From: Candidatus Omnitrophota bacterium
Lineage (GTDB): Bacteria > Omnitrophota > Gorgyraeia > Gorgyraeales > Gorgyraeaceae
Direction of reading: 5' to 3'
NCBI GenBank assembly: GCA_018824145.1
Contig: JAHJHC010000032.1
Span: 5,330 to 69,329 of the forward strand
Length of the DNA stretch: 64,000 nucleotides
Shown: positions 49,131-59,761 of the stretch, in pieces
Position numbering within the stretch: position 1 is the first letter of the stretch
Layout: the number at the start of each line of letters is the position of its first letter
Made by a program: the position numbers and the translations under genes
Notes under the pieces: generated by a model
What the model saw: only the letters and a program-made list of their open reading frames with translations
Told to the model about the DNA's origin: nothing
Databases searched by the model: none

Positions 49131-51418
49131 TCTTTCTCCTTCTCAAGATACTCTAACGCCTTCTTGGCAGTTTCATTAAAAGGGTCTATCTCCAAAATTT
49201 TCTCCCATTGGTCTTTGGCTAAATTGAAAAGCTCCTTATCATAATAGTAAACAAGTGCGAGATTGTTATAGGCTACGAGATAGTCAGGTTTAAGTCCAAT
49301 GGCTTTTTCAAAAGATTCTATTGCCTTTTCATACTGGCCTAAGTAACGATAGGCTATACCTAAACTATTGTAAGCGTCCACATTATCTGGTTTAAGCTCA
49401 ATGGCCTTCTTGCAATACATAACTGCTTCTTCATATAACCCTATGGTATTAAGCATCATCCCGAAATTGTAATAGGCGTTTGCATGCTCCGACTCTAATT
49501 CAATGGCCTTTTTGCAAAGCTCCATGGCCTCACGTATACGATGAGGTTCTTTATTATAAATAAGAGCCCCTAGGCTATTATAGGCATCAGCATAGTCAGG
49601 TCTTAATTCAATGGCCTTTTCATGATACCTGACTGCATCCTGATATAATCCTAAAGAGCTGTGTATCAATCCGAGATTGTTATATGCATTGGCATAGCCG
49701 GGTTTTAATTTAATTGCCTTTTTGCAGAGTTTCACAGCCTTACCGACCTGGCCTAATTCTTTAAAAAGAACCCATCCGAGATTATTATAGGCATTGGCAT
49801 AGTTTGGTTTAAGTTCTATAGCCTTTTTATAATACCGTATTACCTCATCTATTTCAGCCGATTTTCTATAGAGCATTGTCCCGATATTATCATAGGCCCG
49901 GCCATAACGTGGACTTATCTCAATGGCCTTTTTAAATGCTGCCATGGCTTCTTCATCCTTTCCGATCTTGCGATATACAATACCAAGGTTATAATGCATC
50001 CATGCGTCATCCGCACTTATTTCTATGGCTTTTTTATATGCTCTAATAGCGTCTTTATAACGACCCGCCTGGTAATAAGCAATCCCTAGATTATTATGAA
50101 CCCTTGAAATATTTGGAGAGTATTCGAGTGTCTTTGACCAAAATGTAAGAGGATCCCTCCACTCAAAGTTGCGTCTAACAGTGCTAACAGAATAAAACGC
50201 AGCTATAAAGAGAGTCAATAACATTGCCAAATTCCTAAATCCTTTTTTATAAGAAAGCCTTTCACCTAAAAAAGACAGGCCTTTAATGCCGAGAGCGAAG
50301 AATAAACAAAAACCTACGGAAGGAAAATAGAGACGCTGCTCGGCAATCGGTCTTGTATGTAGAAATATAATGTTAGAAACAGGTAAAAGCGTTACAAAAA
50401 TCCATAAGATAGAAAATAAGAGCAAATTAGAATATCTACCTCTTTCTCTGCCTAAAAATATCTTTATAACTGCAGCTATTATAACGCATAATAACGCAAA
50501 GGATAAAAATACCTCAGGCTCAAAAAAAGATCCCGGGATGTTAAATATACGTTCGGCATTGAGTTTAATCGGAAATAAAAGCATGTTTACATAAAAGCCA
50601 AGGGTCTTGATAACTGTGAGAACATTGGGATAAAACTCTAACCCGGACATATTGTCAGATAACCCAATAGTTCCCAGGAATGTCGCTTTAAACATAAGAT
50701 AAAGGAATAATAACCCAAAAAACGGGATGGTCTCTCTTATAGCTATATTACGTTCTTTCCTGGATAGAAAACATACTGCATAAAGGACCAAAATAAGAGG
50801 TAAGGTGACAGCCATTGCTTTAGATAAAAGTGCAAATATAAAGAAAATAAGCGCTCCGGCATAAAAATAAATAGGGGATTCTATCCTTTTCTGCGATATA
50901 TGCTTAATAAAAAATAAAAAGGATAAAAGAAAAAACAATAAACCAAATAGGTCAGAGCGGTTTTTTATCCAGGTAACGGATTCAGTATGCATAGGATGAG
51001 TGGCAAAGAAAAGTGCGGCAAGGAATGCTAAATGCCGTCTCTTATCATACTTTTCCACTAATCTATAAATAAGAAAGTATAGCAGTATCACGTTAAGTAT
51101 ATGCAATAGAAGATTGGTAAGATGGTAGCCGAAAGGATTTAATTTCCATAGATAAAAGTCTAAAGCAAAACTCGCCATAATTATCGGCCGGTATCCTACA
51201 CTAGTTACTTCAATAAATTCCCTGTTTCTCGGTAAGAAGGATTGCCTCCAATATATAGGAGTGAAGAAAAAAAAGACGTTTTTTAGACTTTTGATATACT
51301 TGCCTCTTACAATAACAGTCTTATCATCCCACATAAAAGAGTTTTTGCACGTATTAGAGAATATAGCGATACATATAACTATAAGCAGGATAATAGGTAT
51401 TATATTTTTATTTCCCAT
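49127..51418 (-). CDS. TMTC-like GT-C protein glycosyltransferase with long TPR array
   Basis: FMWDD, YRP, HPMHTESVTWIKNRSD, AEQRLYFPSVG, many TPRs. Confidence 0.85.
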   Translation of the reverse strand: MGNKNIIPIILLIVICIAIFSNTCKNSFMWDDKTVIVRGKYIKSLKNVFFFFTPIYWRQSFLPRNREFIEVTSVGYRPIIMASFALDFYLWKLNPFGYHLTNLLLHILNVILLYFLIYRLVEKYDKRRHLAFLAALFFATHPMHTESVTWIKNRSDLFGLLFFLLSFLFFIKHISQKRIESPIYFYAGALIFFIFALLSKAMAVTLPLILVLYAVCFLSRKERNIAIRETIPFFGLLFLYLMFKATFLGTIGLSDNMSGLEFYPNVLTVIKTLGFYVNMLLFPIKLNAERIFNIPGSFFEPEVFLSFALLCVIIAAVIKIFLGRERGRYSNLLLFSILWIFVTLLPVSNIIFLHTRPIAEQRLYFPSVGFCLFFALGIKGLSFLGERLSYKKGFRNLAMLLTLFIAAFYSVSTVRRNFEWRDPLTFWSKTLEYSPNISRVHNNLGIAYYQAGRYKDAIRAYKKAIEISADDAWMHYNLGIVYRKIGKDEEAMAAFKKAIEISPRYGRAYDNIGTMLYRKSAEIDEVIRYYKKAIELKPNYANAYNNLGWVLFKELGQVGKAVKLCKKAIKLKPGYANAYNNLGLIHSSLGLYQDAVRYHEKAIELRPDYADAYNSLGALIYNKEPHRIREAMELCKKAIELESEHANAYYNFGMMLNTIGLYEEAVMYCKKAIELKPDNVDAYNSLGIAYRYLGQYEKAIESFEKAIGLKPDYLVAYNNLALVYYYDKELFNLAKDQWEKILEIDPFNETAKKALEYLEKEKE

Positions 51419-53135
51419 TAATCTCCCTATTTACGACATGGTTCGAGTTGCGATATGGTTCGAGCAGGGCCAAAAACTTAGGGTTTACCTCAGCCCTTAG
51501 CTCAATCGCCTTATCACAATATTCAACAGCCAAAGAATACTCTTTTTGATAATAATAAGCTACTGCCAGATTATTATATGCACCGGCATAATCTGGGTTC
51601 ATCTCTATGACTTTATTATATACGGATATGGCCCTTTCTTTTTTACCGCTTATCATATACATATTCGCAAGGTTATTATACGCATCTATATACTCGGGAT
51701 TGAGTTCGATGGCCTTCTTAAATGATGCTATTGCCTCTTCGTTTTTCTCAATAGCCTGATAAGCGACGCCTAGATTATTATGCGCAAGGACATACTTCGG
51801 ATAGATTTCTATGGCCTTTTTATAAGAGGCTATGGCCTTTTTAACCCTGCCAATATCGTAGTATTCTACTCCGAGGTTATTGTAGGCCCTGGGACTATTA
51901 TAGGAAGCCTCTGCGGTTTTCTGCCAAAAGGCAATAGGATTCCTCCAGTCAAAATTTCTTTTAATGGTGCTGGAAGAATAGAAGATAAATACGGTAAGGG
52001 CCAATAATACCGCAATCTTTTTAAGACCCAGGTTCCTGATACAGATAGCCAGGATAACGCAAAGGCCTACTGAAGGGATATAAAGGCGCTGTTCGGCAAT
52101 AGGCCTTGGGTATAGAAAGATTATATTGGAAACCGGTAGAATGGTTAAAAAAATCCATAGGACAATAAAGAAAAAGAACTTTGAACTTTTAAATTTTTTT
52201 ATAGCTATAATTGATGTGGAAACTACTAATGTCAAAGCAAAAAAGACCCTGGGCTCGAATATAGACTTAGGAATACGCATCACATGTTCTGCATTAAGCC
52301 CGACCGGAAAAATAAGCAGTTTTAAATAATAACCGAGTGTCTTGAAGACCATGAGTATATTAGAATAAAGCCCTATCTCAGAAATATATACCGCTGAGAC
52401 TATATTTATCAGATCTCCAAACTTTATGACAAGATAGACTATCATCAATCCAAAAAAAGGCAATATAGCAATCTTTGCTTTCTTTTGTTTATCTTTAGGG
52501 ATAAAGCTTAAGATATAAAAGAACAATATAAACGGTAAGGTAATAGCCATCTCTTTTGAAAGAAGCGCAATAGGGAAAAATAAAAGCGAACCGCAGTAAG
52601 ATAGCATCCGAAACCTTTTTCTTTCTTCTGACGTATACCTCATAAAAAGAAGGACCGATAAGAGAAAAAACAGCAACGATACAAGATCGAAACGGTTCTT
52701 TATCCATGTAACGGATTCGATATGTATGGGATGTGTGGCGAAGAATACCGCACTAAGGAAAGGGATGTTAATCAATCCTTTCCTGACATTCGGCTCCAGC
52801 AATTTAAATATAAAAAAATATATAAGTACGACATTTAAGATATGCAGCAAAAGATTAGTCAAATGATACCCAAATGCATTGTCTTCCCAAAAAAAGTAGT
52901 CTAATGCAAAGGTCATTAAGGTCACAGGCCGATATTGCCCCTTCAGCCCAGGATAATAATGGTTCCAGTATTGGGTGCTGAACAAAAAAGGGATATATTC
53001 TAAATCTTCAATATATTTATTCTCAACTATTAGATCCCTATCATCCCACATAAAGGGGTTCTTAAAGGTATTCGAGAAGATAACAGCTGATATAACTATA
53101 AGCAATATAATAGGTATTGCATGTTTATTTTTCAT
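51408..53135 (-). CDS. TMTC-like GT-C protein glycosyltransferase with TPR repeats
   Basis: Start reassigned to ATG 53135 (MKNKHAIPIILL), matching paralog N-termini; FMWDD, YRP, HPIHIESVTWIKNRFD, AEQRLYIPS. Confidence 0.85.
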   Translation of the reverse strand: MKNKHAIPIILLIVISAVIFSNTFKNPFMWDDRDLIVENKYIEDLEYIPFLFSTQYWNHYYPGLKGQYRPVTLMTFALDYFFWEDNAFGYHLTNLLLHILNVVLIYFFIFKLLEPNVRKGLINIPFLSAVFFATHPIHIESVTWIKNRFDLVSLLFFLLSVLLFMRYTSEERKRFRMLSYCGSLLFFPIALLSKEMAITLPFILFFYILSFIPKDKQKKAKIAILPFFGLMIVYLVIKFGDLINIVSAVYISEIGLYSNILMVFKTLGYYLKLLIFPVGLNAEHVMRIPKSIFEPRVFFALTLVVSTSIIAIKKFKSSKFFFFIVLWIFLTILPVSNIIFLYPRPIAEQRLYIPSVGLCVILAICIRNLGLKKIAVLLALTVFIFYSSSTIKRNFDWRNPIAFWQKTAEASYNSPRAYNNLGVEYYDIGRVKKAIASYKKAIEIYPKYVLAHNNLGVAYQAIEKNEEAIASFKKAIELNPEYIDAYNNLANMYMISGKKERAISVYNKVIEMNPDYAGAYNNLAVAYYYQKEYSLAVEYCDKAIELRAEVNPKFLALLEPYRNSNHVVNREINGK

Positions 53136-55314
53136 CGATAACCCTATCTCGATATGGCTCAAGCAAGGCCAAAAATTCTGGTTTAACCCCTGAGCCAAGT
53201 TCAATGGCCTTATCACAATGCTCGATCGACAGGTCATATATCCGCTCGTAATAATACACAACTGCCAGATTGATGTGTGCTATTCCATATTCAGGGTCTA
53301 TTATTATGGCTTTTGTATATGAATTTATGGCCTTCTGATTATCTTTCATGGCCACATATACATTCCCGAGATTATTATACGCTTCTGCATAAGCTGAGTT
53401 GAACTCAATGGACTTTTCAAGGAAGTCTATAGCTTTATCGTTCTCTCCCATCACAGTATATATATTCCCTAGATTATTATATGCGCTTGCATTATACGGA
53501 TCGATTTTTATGGCATCCTGAAATGAGGTTATCGCCATTTGGTTATTGCCAAGCTTATGATATGCTATGCCAAGGTCATTATAGGCCCTAGAGAAATCAG
53601 GATTGATTGCCAAGGACTTTAAATACGAATCTATGGCTTTCTGGTCTTTTCCGAGATCCCTATACGCATTTCCGAGGTTATTATAGGCCAGTGCGTAATC
53701 GGAATCTATACTTACGGCTTTCTTATATGCATGTATGGCCCGTTCTGTCCTTCCGTCAGCACGATAAAGATTACCAAGACTGTTGTAGGCAGGCGCATAA
53801 TAAGGATTTACTTCTATGGCCTTCTTAAAAAGGTCCATAGCCCCTTCGTTATTATTGCCTATATCTACATATGTAATACCAAGGTTATTATAAACTTCGG
53901 CATTTGTCGGATCGATCTCTATTGCCCTTTCAAAAAATGTAATTGCCCTTAGAGACTGGCCTATTTCGCTATATATATTGCCGAGGTTATTGAACGCGTC
54001 TACGAGCTTTGGATCAAGTTCCAGTGCCTTTTCATACGACGCAATAGCATCTTCGACACTACCCCTGTCTCTGTATATATTGCCGATATTATTATATATT
54101 CCTGCGCTGTCTGGCGCATACTGTAAAATCCTTTTATAAAGCACCATAGGCTCTTTCCAGTAAGTATTCTGTCTAATGGTCAAATAAGAATAGAAACCCG
54201 ATACAACTGTTATAAGCAGTATAGTAAGTATCTTTAGATTTTTATTTCTATATAAATACACTGCTCCATTTGCCAATATAAGGAAAAATCCTATTGACGG
54301 CAGATACAACCAATGTTCAGCCATATAGGCATTTATAGGATAAAGATTGGATAAAGGGATAAGTGATATAAAAAACCAATATATAGAGAACGACAGCGGA
54401 TTGTTTTCCTTCTTTTTTATAAAACTATAAATTAATAAAGACACTGTTAATAAAATCCCTGCTATTGCCATAGGATCAACCCAGCTAAATACACTATTGC
54501 CGTACTGCATATGAAGGTCTGAAGGTAAAAATAAAAGCCTTATGTAATTAGCTATAGCGACAAAGAAACCCGGCATCCTCTGGAATACCGTAGTAGAAAA
54601 AACACTGCTATCAGGCAAAAAAGATTTTAGAATCGTTACTCTTGAAATGATGTAAATAAATGCTAAACACGATATAGGCACAAACGCCTTAATATTAAAT
54701 CTCTTCCTGAAAGTATAATGGTATAAAAAGAGCAACGCGGGAAAAATAATACTTAATTCTTTACATAAAAGAGCTAATATGTAAGTTATTAACATCACAA
54801 AATATGCACCAGGTTTTCCCGAATTTATATATTTTATATAACAAATAAATGAGGCGAGCATAAACAGCATAAATAAAGAATCCGATCTTCCAGATATATA
54901 AGCTATAGCTTCACTATGTATAGGATGGATAATAAATAAAATGCTTGTAATTAAAGACAAAAGTGCATCTTTATAAAGAATGGCAATCAGCCAATATACA
55001 GCCAGGCCGACTAAGATATGCAACAAGATATTGGTAAGATGATAACCTGAAACATTTAATCTCCATAATGAATAATCAAGACGGTAGGTAAATATCTGAA
55101 GCGGGTGATAAAGACTGCTCCTTTTTCCGACACCGGCTTCCACATCTTGCGTAAAAATCTCCGGTAAATAATCCCATTTTTTTATAAATGTATTATTTCT
55201 TACTAAATCCTCATCGTCCCAGACAAACTTATTGTTTAAAGAATTTACGTAGACACCAAGACCTAGGATGATTATTACAAAGATAGCTATAATAGTAAAC
55301 TTATGTCCTGACAT
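53125..55314 (-). CDS. TMTC-like GT-C protein glycosyltransferase with TPR repeats
   Basis: FVWDD, YHP, HPIHSEAIAYISGRSD, AEHWLYLPSIG, long TPR array. Confidence 0.85.
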   Translation of the reverse strand: MSGHKFTIIAIFVIIILGLGVYVNSLNNKFVWDDEDLVRNNTFIKKWDYLPEIFTQDVEAGVGKRSSLYHPLQIFTYRLDYSLWRLNVSGYHLTNILLHILVGLAVYWLIAILYKDALLSLITSILFIIHPIHSEAIAYISGRSDSLFMLFMLASFICYIKYINSGKPGAYFVMLITYILALLCKELSIIFPALLFLYHYTFRKRFNIKAFVPISCLAFIYIISRVTILKSFLPDSSVFSTTVFQRMPGFFVAIANYIRLLFLPSDLHMQYGNSVFSWVDPMAIAGILLTVSLLIYSFIKKKENNPLSFSIYWFFISLIPLSNLYPINAYMAEHWLYLPSIGFFLILANGAVYLYRNKNLKILTILLITVVSGFYSYLTIRQNTYWKEPMVLYKRILQYAPDSAGIYNNIGNIYRDRGSVEDAIASYEKALELDPKLVDAFNNLGNIYSEIGQSLRAITFFERAIEIDPTNAEVYNNLGITYVDIGNNNEGAMDLFKKAIEVNPYYAPAYNSLGNLYRADGRTERAIHAYKKAVSIDSDYALAYNNLGNAYRDLGKDQKAIDSYLKSLAINPDFSRAYNDLGIAYHKLGNNQMAITSFQDAIKIDPYNASAYNNLGNIYTVMGENDKAIDFLEKSIEFNSAYAEAYNNLGNVYVAMKDNQKAINSYTKAIIIDPEYGIAHINLAVVYYYERIYDLSIEHCDKAIELGSGVKPEFLALLEPYRDRVIDEK

Positions 55315-56254
55315 ATCTATTTGGGTTAACCAGTCTATTTAAGAATGGTTTTATAAAAAACAATCCGAATAAAATAGGGCAGATTACATTAACAAAAGAT
55401 AGTAAAAGACCGCTTCCTAAAAGCCTATCTGGAACCGCATATTCTGAAAAAAATACTAGAATAGCTGATTCCCTGGTGCCTAATCCCCCGAATGTTATTG
55501 GTAAGGATGCGAGAAGCAGAACAATAGGGGTAAAAATCAAAAAGGCCTCAATGGGTATTTCTATGCTGAATGCCTTAAAAAGAAAAAAGGCGTTTATCAA
55601 TTTGCATCCTTCAAACCCTAAAGAATATATAAATAAAGTAACTAGCGATTTTATACTAAACTTTTCGATAAGGACTTTGAATATTTCTCTAGGCCGAGGG
55701 CTCATCTTTCTAGAGTTCTTAATAAAATTAATAAGTATTGAATTTCTAAAAAGTATTATTATAAAAAAGAAAACTAAAAATATTACGGCAAAATAAATCT
55801 TTTGATATAGCTCAAGTTTATAGAAAAACCAGCCGACAGAAATAAAAGAGATTAAAGCAAAAAAGCTAAAACTATATACTAATATTACGGAACTTATGCC
55901 CCTGGCATAAGAGAAATCGTGTCTTTTGTGTAAATACGCCACCATAACGGATTCTCCGATTTTGAATGGAAGGATACCTTTTATAGGTGCACTACCCATG
56001 CGTAGTATAAGGGTCTCAAAAAAGGGGATATTACACCCTAATAGTTCAAGTATTTTTTTATACCTTGCCGGAGAAAAACATGTATGCGCTATAAATGAAA
56101 AAAAAATTGCTCCAGCAAGGAATCTAACCTCTATCTGTGCCAATAGGTTCTTTACTTCAGAGAACCGAATCTTTGAAAATATAATAGTAAAAACAGAGAT
56201 GGTTATTACCCAGGTGATAATAAATCTCAGTAATTGTTTTCGCTGGTTAATCAT
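55301..56254 (-). CDS. Lysylphosphatidylglycerol synthase TM-domain / flippase-like membrane protein (UPF0104-type)
   Basis: Multi-TM; ILPFKIGE and LPITFGGLGTRE motifs. Confidence 0.75.
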   Translation of the reverse strand: MINQRKQLLRFIITWVITISVFTIIFSKIRFSEVKNLLAQIEVRFLAGAIFFSFIAHTCFSPARYKKILELLGCNIPFFETLILRMGSAPIKGILPFKIGESVMVAYLHKRHDFSYARGISSVILVYSFSFFALISFISVGWFFYKLELYQKIYFAVIFLVFFFIIILFRNSILINFIKNSRKMSPRPREIFKVLIEKFSIKSLVTLFIYSLGFEGCKLINAFFLFKAFSIEIPIEAFLIFTPIVLLLASLPITFGGLGTRESAILVFFSEYAVPDRLLGSGLLLSFVNVICPILFGLFFIKPFLNRLVNPNRYVRT

Positions 56255-56257
56255 ATT

Positions 56258-57499
56258 TTACAATAGCGCCATTACCTTTTCATAGACATTCTCTACCGTT
56301 ATATTTCTCAAACATGCCCCTATTTTACAAGATGATTTCCTATGATTGTAGGCATTTACACAAGGGCTACAAACTAAATTTGAGCTAATATTTTCCCGAT
56401 GATTTTTATCTTTTCCATAAAGCAAAGGTGTTTCAGGGCCAAAAAGAATTATAGCTTTTACTGGAGTTAGACTTGAAAAAAGAGCTGGCCCGCTGTCATT
56501 CGTTACTAATATATCCGCTATGGAATACAAAGTCAGCAGATCTTTTAAAGAAGTAAGCCCGGCTACGGATGTGGCTTTTCCTATTTTAGATGCTATCAGA
56601 TCTGCCTTCTGCTTTTCTTTAACAGTACCTGTTATTAATATCGTAGACCTAGGTAATCCTTCTTGAATAAGTTTGCCTAATTTTATAAAATTCTCTTCAG
56701 GCCATCTTCTTATTGGTAACAAATCGGCTGTATTTGGATTTAATATAATAATTGGTTTGTCTAAACTAGAACATTTTCCGCCAGAGGCGGACCTGCCTCC
56801 GGCGGGCAACTGCTCAAGTTTTCTTATTAACAATTCTTTTTCATCTTCGGTAGGAGAAAAAATAGGAAGACTATCCGTTACCTTAGGGACTTCAAAAATC
56901 ATAGGAGTGCCATCTTTAGGAGGAGCATAATTCAATGCCTCTACTAAACTCACAAAAAAAACTGAAGCATGTAAGTAAGGATTATATAATAATTTATGAG
57001 TAAATAAATCTCCTCGGTAAGGCCCATCACTAGTAAATTGATGTAATCCCACTTTTTTATCCGCACCTGATAAATATGAAATAATTGCTGATGTCCTTGA
57101 AAAAAATTCCATATCTATGGCAGCATCTATTTTTTCTTTGCGTATCCTAATCAGGGCCTTAAAGCCTGAATAAATAAGGCTTATAAGATCCTTGGAATCA
57201 ACCTCTATAAGATTAGCTTGAGGGATTATATCCAGTATATCTAAAATCGGCCGATTTTTTTTGAGGACTAAAAAAAAGATATGTTCCCTTCCTGCGAAAT
57301 TTTTTGCTTTTTTTAGAGCCGGGTAAGCTAATACTGTCGAACCTTGCTCGATTAATTTTATAAAAAGAATTTTGGCGGGTTTTTTATAATGGCGGGGGTC
57401 TTTTTTGAGAATACTATAGAGCCTTCTGTGAATGGTCAGAAAAAAACAGAATGGACGACCTAAATTTTTGTCTATCCAGCGAATGAGGTCTGGATTCAC
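56258..57499 (-). CDS. Glycosyltransferase family 9 (heptosyltransferase-like)
   Basis: KILFIKL..QG, RRWPEENF, AGLTSL, LVTNDSGP, LFGP, C-terminal CSPC...C...C; GTG start. Confidence 0.85.
   Translation of the reverse strand: MNPDLIRWIDKNLGRPFCFFLTIHRRLYSILKKDPRHYKKPAKILFIKLIEQGSTVLAYPALKKAKNFAGREHIFFLVLKKNRPILDILDIIPQANLIEVDSKDLISLIYSGFKALIRIRKEKIDAAIDMEFFSRTSAIISYLSGADKKVGLHQFTSDGPYRGDLFTHKLLYNPYLHASVFFVSLVEALNYAPPKDGTPMIFEVPKVTDSLPIFSPTEDEKELLIRKLEQLPAGGRSASGGKCSSLDKPIIILNPNTADLLPIRRWPEENFIKLGKLIQEGLPRSTILITGTVKEKQKADLIASKIGKATSVAGLTSLKDLLTLYSIADILVTNDSGPALFSSLTPVKAIILFGPETPLLYGKDKNHRENISSNLVCSPCVNAYNHRKSSCKIGACLRNITVENVYEKVMALL
56778..56805. repeat. GC-rich palindromic element inside the GT9 coding sequence
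   Basis: CCGCCAGAGGC-GGACCT-GCCTCCGGCGG (11-bp arms, 1 mismatch) in an AT-rich gene; encodes PAGGRSASGG. Confidence 0.75.
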
Positions 57500-57533
57500 C
57501 TTTTTTTATCCTTTTCGTACCCAATTAAAAATT

Positions 57534-58268
57534 TTATCTGTTAAAAAACAGGCCTTTTTTCTTCTTTTTCTCTTCTTTCTTTAAAGGTTCGGTTTCTTGC
57601 GCGACAATTTTTTTAACGCTTTCTTCTTTTACCTCCACCACCTCCTGCTCTTCCTGAACAGGTGATTCCGCAGCCTCATCTTCTACTTCATCAGGTACGG
57701 CTTTCACTTCTTCTTTGATAATTTTCTTCTCTGATTCAATAGCCTTATCTCCTACCATTCCTTCTTCAACCTGAGTCCCAGACTCTTCTGGTTCCTCAGA
57801 TATCATTTCTTTTCCCAGGCTGACAAACGTATAATCCTTTTTTTTCTTTTCGTCTACATGCCAGCTCAAAACACCCCGCATGTTTTCACTGGAAATCTGA
57901 CCTCTCCAAAACGCAATACCTTTCTCTTCACTGGTCTGCATTGTCTCCCAGACAACGATTTCTTTATCTTTACCTTTAAGTCTTACCGTATAACCACTGG
58001 ACGGAAATCCTTCCGAAGATAATTTCTCCGAAATAATCTTATTATTTTCAAAACGCAATGTATCACTCTCTTTTTTATCGGTCTTGTCTGACATTTCTTT
58101 CAGCTCAATCTGCCACACAGTATTGTTAAGCCCGGCTTTTGCCTCAGAAATCATTTCTTGTTCTGTCCTGGGCTCTTCATCTTTTTCTTTTTCCCGCGCC
58201 ATACAAACCGAAACTAATCCTAGAGTTAAAATTATAAATGCGGAACATATTGAAATCTTCTTAATCAT
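57534..58268 (-). CDS. Exported WETMQ-domain protein with acidic tail and poly-Lys end
   Basis: Signal peptide; domain alignable to 60305-60736 and to the C-terminus of 40512-41780. Confidence 0.75.
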   Translation of the reverse strand: MIKKISICSAFIILTLGLVSVCMAREKEKDEEPRTEQEMISEAKAGLNNTVWQIELKEMSDKTDKKESDTLRFENNKIISEKLSSEGFPSSGYTVRLKGKDKEIVVWETMQTSEEKGIAFWRGQISSENMRGVLSWHVDEKKKKDYTFVSLGKEMISEEPEESGTQVEEGMVGDKAIESEKKIIKEEVKAVPDEVEDEAAESPVQEEQEVVEVKEESVKKIVAQETEPLKKEEKKKKKGLFFNR

Positions 58269-59757
58269 TATCAGTTTCCTCCTTTATATTATCATCTGAT
58301 TTTTGTTGTCCCTTTTTAACATATGCCTTTATAATCTGCTGCTCTTCTTTGGGCTTATCCTTGGAATCGGTTTCTACTCCCTGTATTTTTTCAACAACAT
58401 CATATCCTGATACAACTTCGCCGAATATTGTATGTTTTTTATTTAACCAGGGAGTCTGGTTTGTAGTTATAAAAAATTGGCTTTTGTTTGTATTCGGCCC
58501 GGAATTCGCCATGGCCAAAATCCCCGGCTTATCAAACTTGACTTCTTCACTTACCTCATCCTGAAACGGCTCTCCCCAAATAGATTCACCGCCTGTTCCA
58601 GTGCCGGTCGGATCTCCGGTCTGGATCATGAAATCCTTTATTACACGATGAAATATTATCCCTTCATAATATCCTTTTTCAACCAGGCCTATAAAATTCT
58701 CACACGCCATAGGTGCTATGTCAGGAAAAAGCTTCAACACTACAATACCATGATTTGTTTTAATTGCAACTAAAGTTTTCATTTTCAATTCCTCTATCTT
58801 CTTTGCACGCATTTCTTCTGCTACATAATCCCGGAACCTTGCTCTTTCTAGTAAATCTTCGAAATAGTCCTTAATAATCTTGCGTTTTTTGACTGTAGTA
58901 AGCATATCCCTGTAATATTTTTGCTTTTGTTCAGTGTATTTCTCAATATCTGCGTCTCTCTTATTCAGAAGGCGAAAGACAGCAACCCCGTAAAAAAACT
59001 CCGCTACGATAAAGTCGCCTTTTTCATGGCTAAGAATTCTATAAGCATCATCTTTAGGGATTTTCCAGAGGTCTATCAATGCTTCTAAAGACATTATATT
59101 TATCCAGGAGGCACCCTTCTGGCCTATTTCCTTCTTTTCAATATACGTATCATACCAAAGCCTTGGATTTTTTTTAACCTTCTCGGCAAACTCTTTAGCC
59201 TCTTCTTCGGTCTCAAACCTTATGTATTCACTCTCGAAAGAATTATATTGATTTAAAAATTTCTGCTTCATCTCTTCCTCGGTTACAGTTACCTCTGGCT
59301 CGGTCTTTAGCTTCATGTATTTATTGATTATCAATAAATCCTCTATACGACGCTCAAAACTATCTACTCCCTCCCCTAATTGCATAGTTACCCAGATCTT
59401 GTAATTATCGGTTCCATACTCTATATCTTTTTCTGATACCAACCTTTTTAGTTCCTCTAAAAGTTCCTCTCTTGAAACAGTAATATTAAGCCTGGCAGAT
59501 TCCTGTCTATATATTAAATTTTGCCATGCCTCTTGCCTTATCTCTTCTTCTGTCCGAGTCTCTCCTCCCTCTTTAGGACCTAATCGGGTAAAAAGAGCAG
59601 CTGTTTTATAATAATAATTAAACTCTTCCAAACTAATCGGCCGTCCAAAGGCCTCGCCGATGACTTTGGATGAGGAGTCTTCTCCATATGCCGTTCCGTT
59701 AAACAAATTCAATAAACTCAGGGAAAATAAAAAAATTATTATAAGTCTTTTATCCAT
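58261..59757 (-). CDS. Exported foldase: SurA-N-like region fused to cyclophilin PPIase
   Basis: C-terminal [52 protein letters not shown]; N-terminal helical region resembling SurA/PrsA ([27 protein letters not shown]). Confidence 0.85.
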   Translation of the reverse strand: MDKRLIIIFLFSLSLLNLFNGTAYGEDSSSKVIGEAFGRPISLEEFNYYYKTAALFTRLGPKEGGETRTEEEIRQEAWQNLIYRQESARLNITVSREELLEELKRLVSEKDIEYGTDNYKIWVTMQLGEGVDSFERRIEDLLIINKYMKLKTEPEVTVTEEEMKQKFLNQYNSFESEYIRFETEEEAKEFAEKVKKNPRLWYDTYIEKKEIGQKGASWINIMSLEALIDLWKIPKDDAYRILSHEKGDFIVAEFFYGVAVFRLLNKRDADIEKYTEQKQKYYRDMLTTVKKRKIIKDYFEDLLERARFRDYVAEEMRAKKIEELKMKTLVAIKTNHGIVVLKLFPDIAPMACENFIGLVEKGYYEGIIFHRVIKDFMIQTGDPTGTGTGGESIWGEPFQDEVSEEVKFDKPGILAMANSGPNTNKSQFFITTNQTPWLNKKHTIFGEVVSGYDVVEKIQGVETDSKDKPKEEQQIIKAYVKKGQQKSDDNIKEETDND

Positions 59758-59761
59758 ATAT

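Noticed and set aside
53136-53261. 42-aa N-terminal extension of ORF 51408-53261 (likewise 5642-5674 and 40480-40515)
   Set aside because: Overlaps the upstream gene; downstream ATGs match paralog N-termini or have better RBS.
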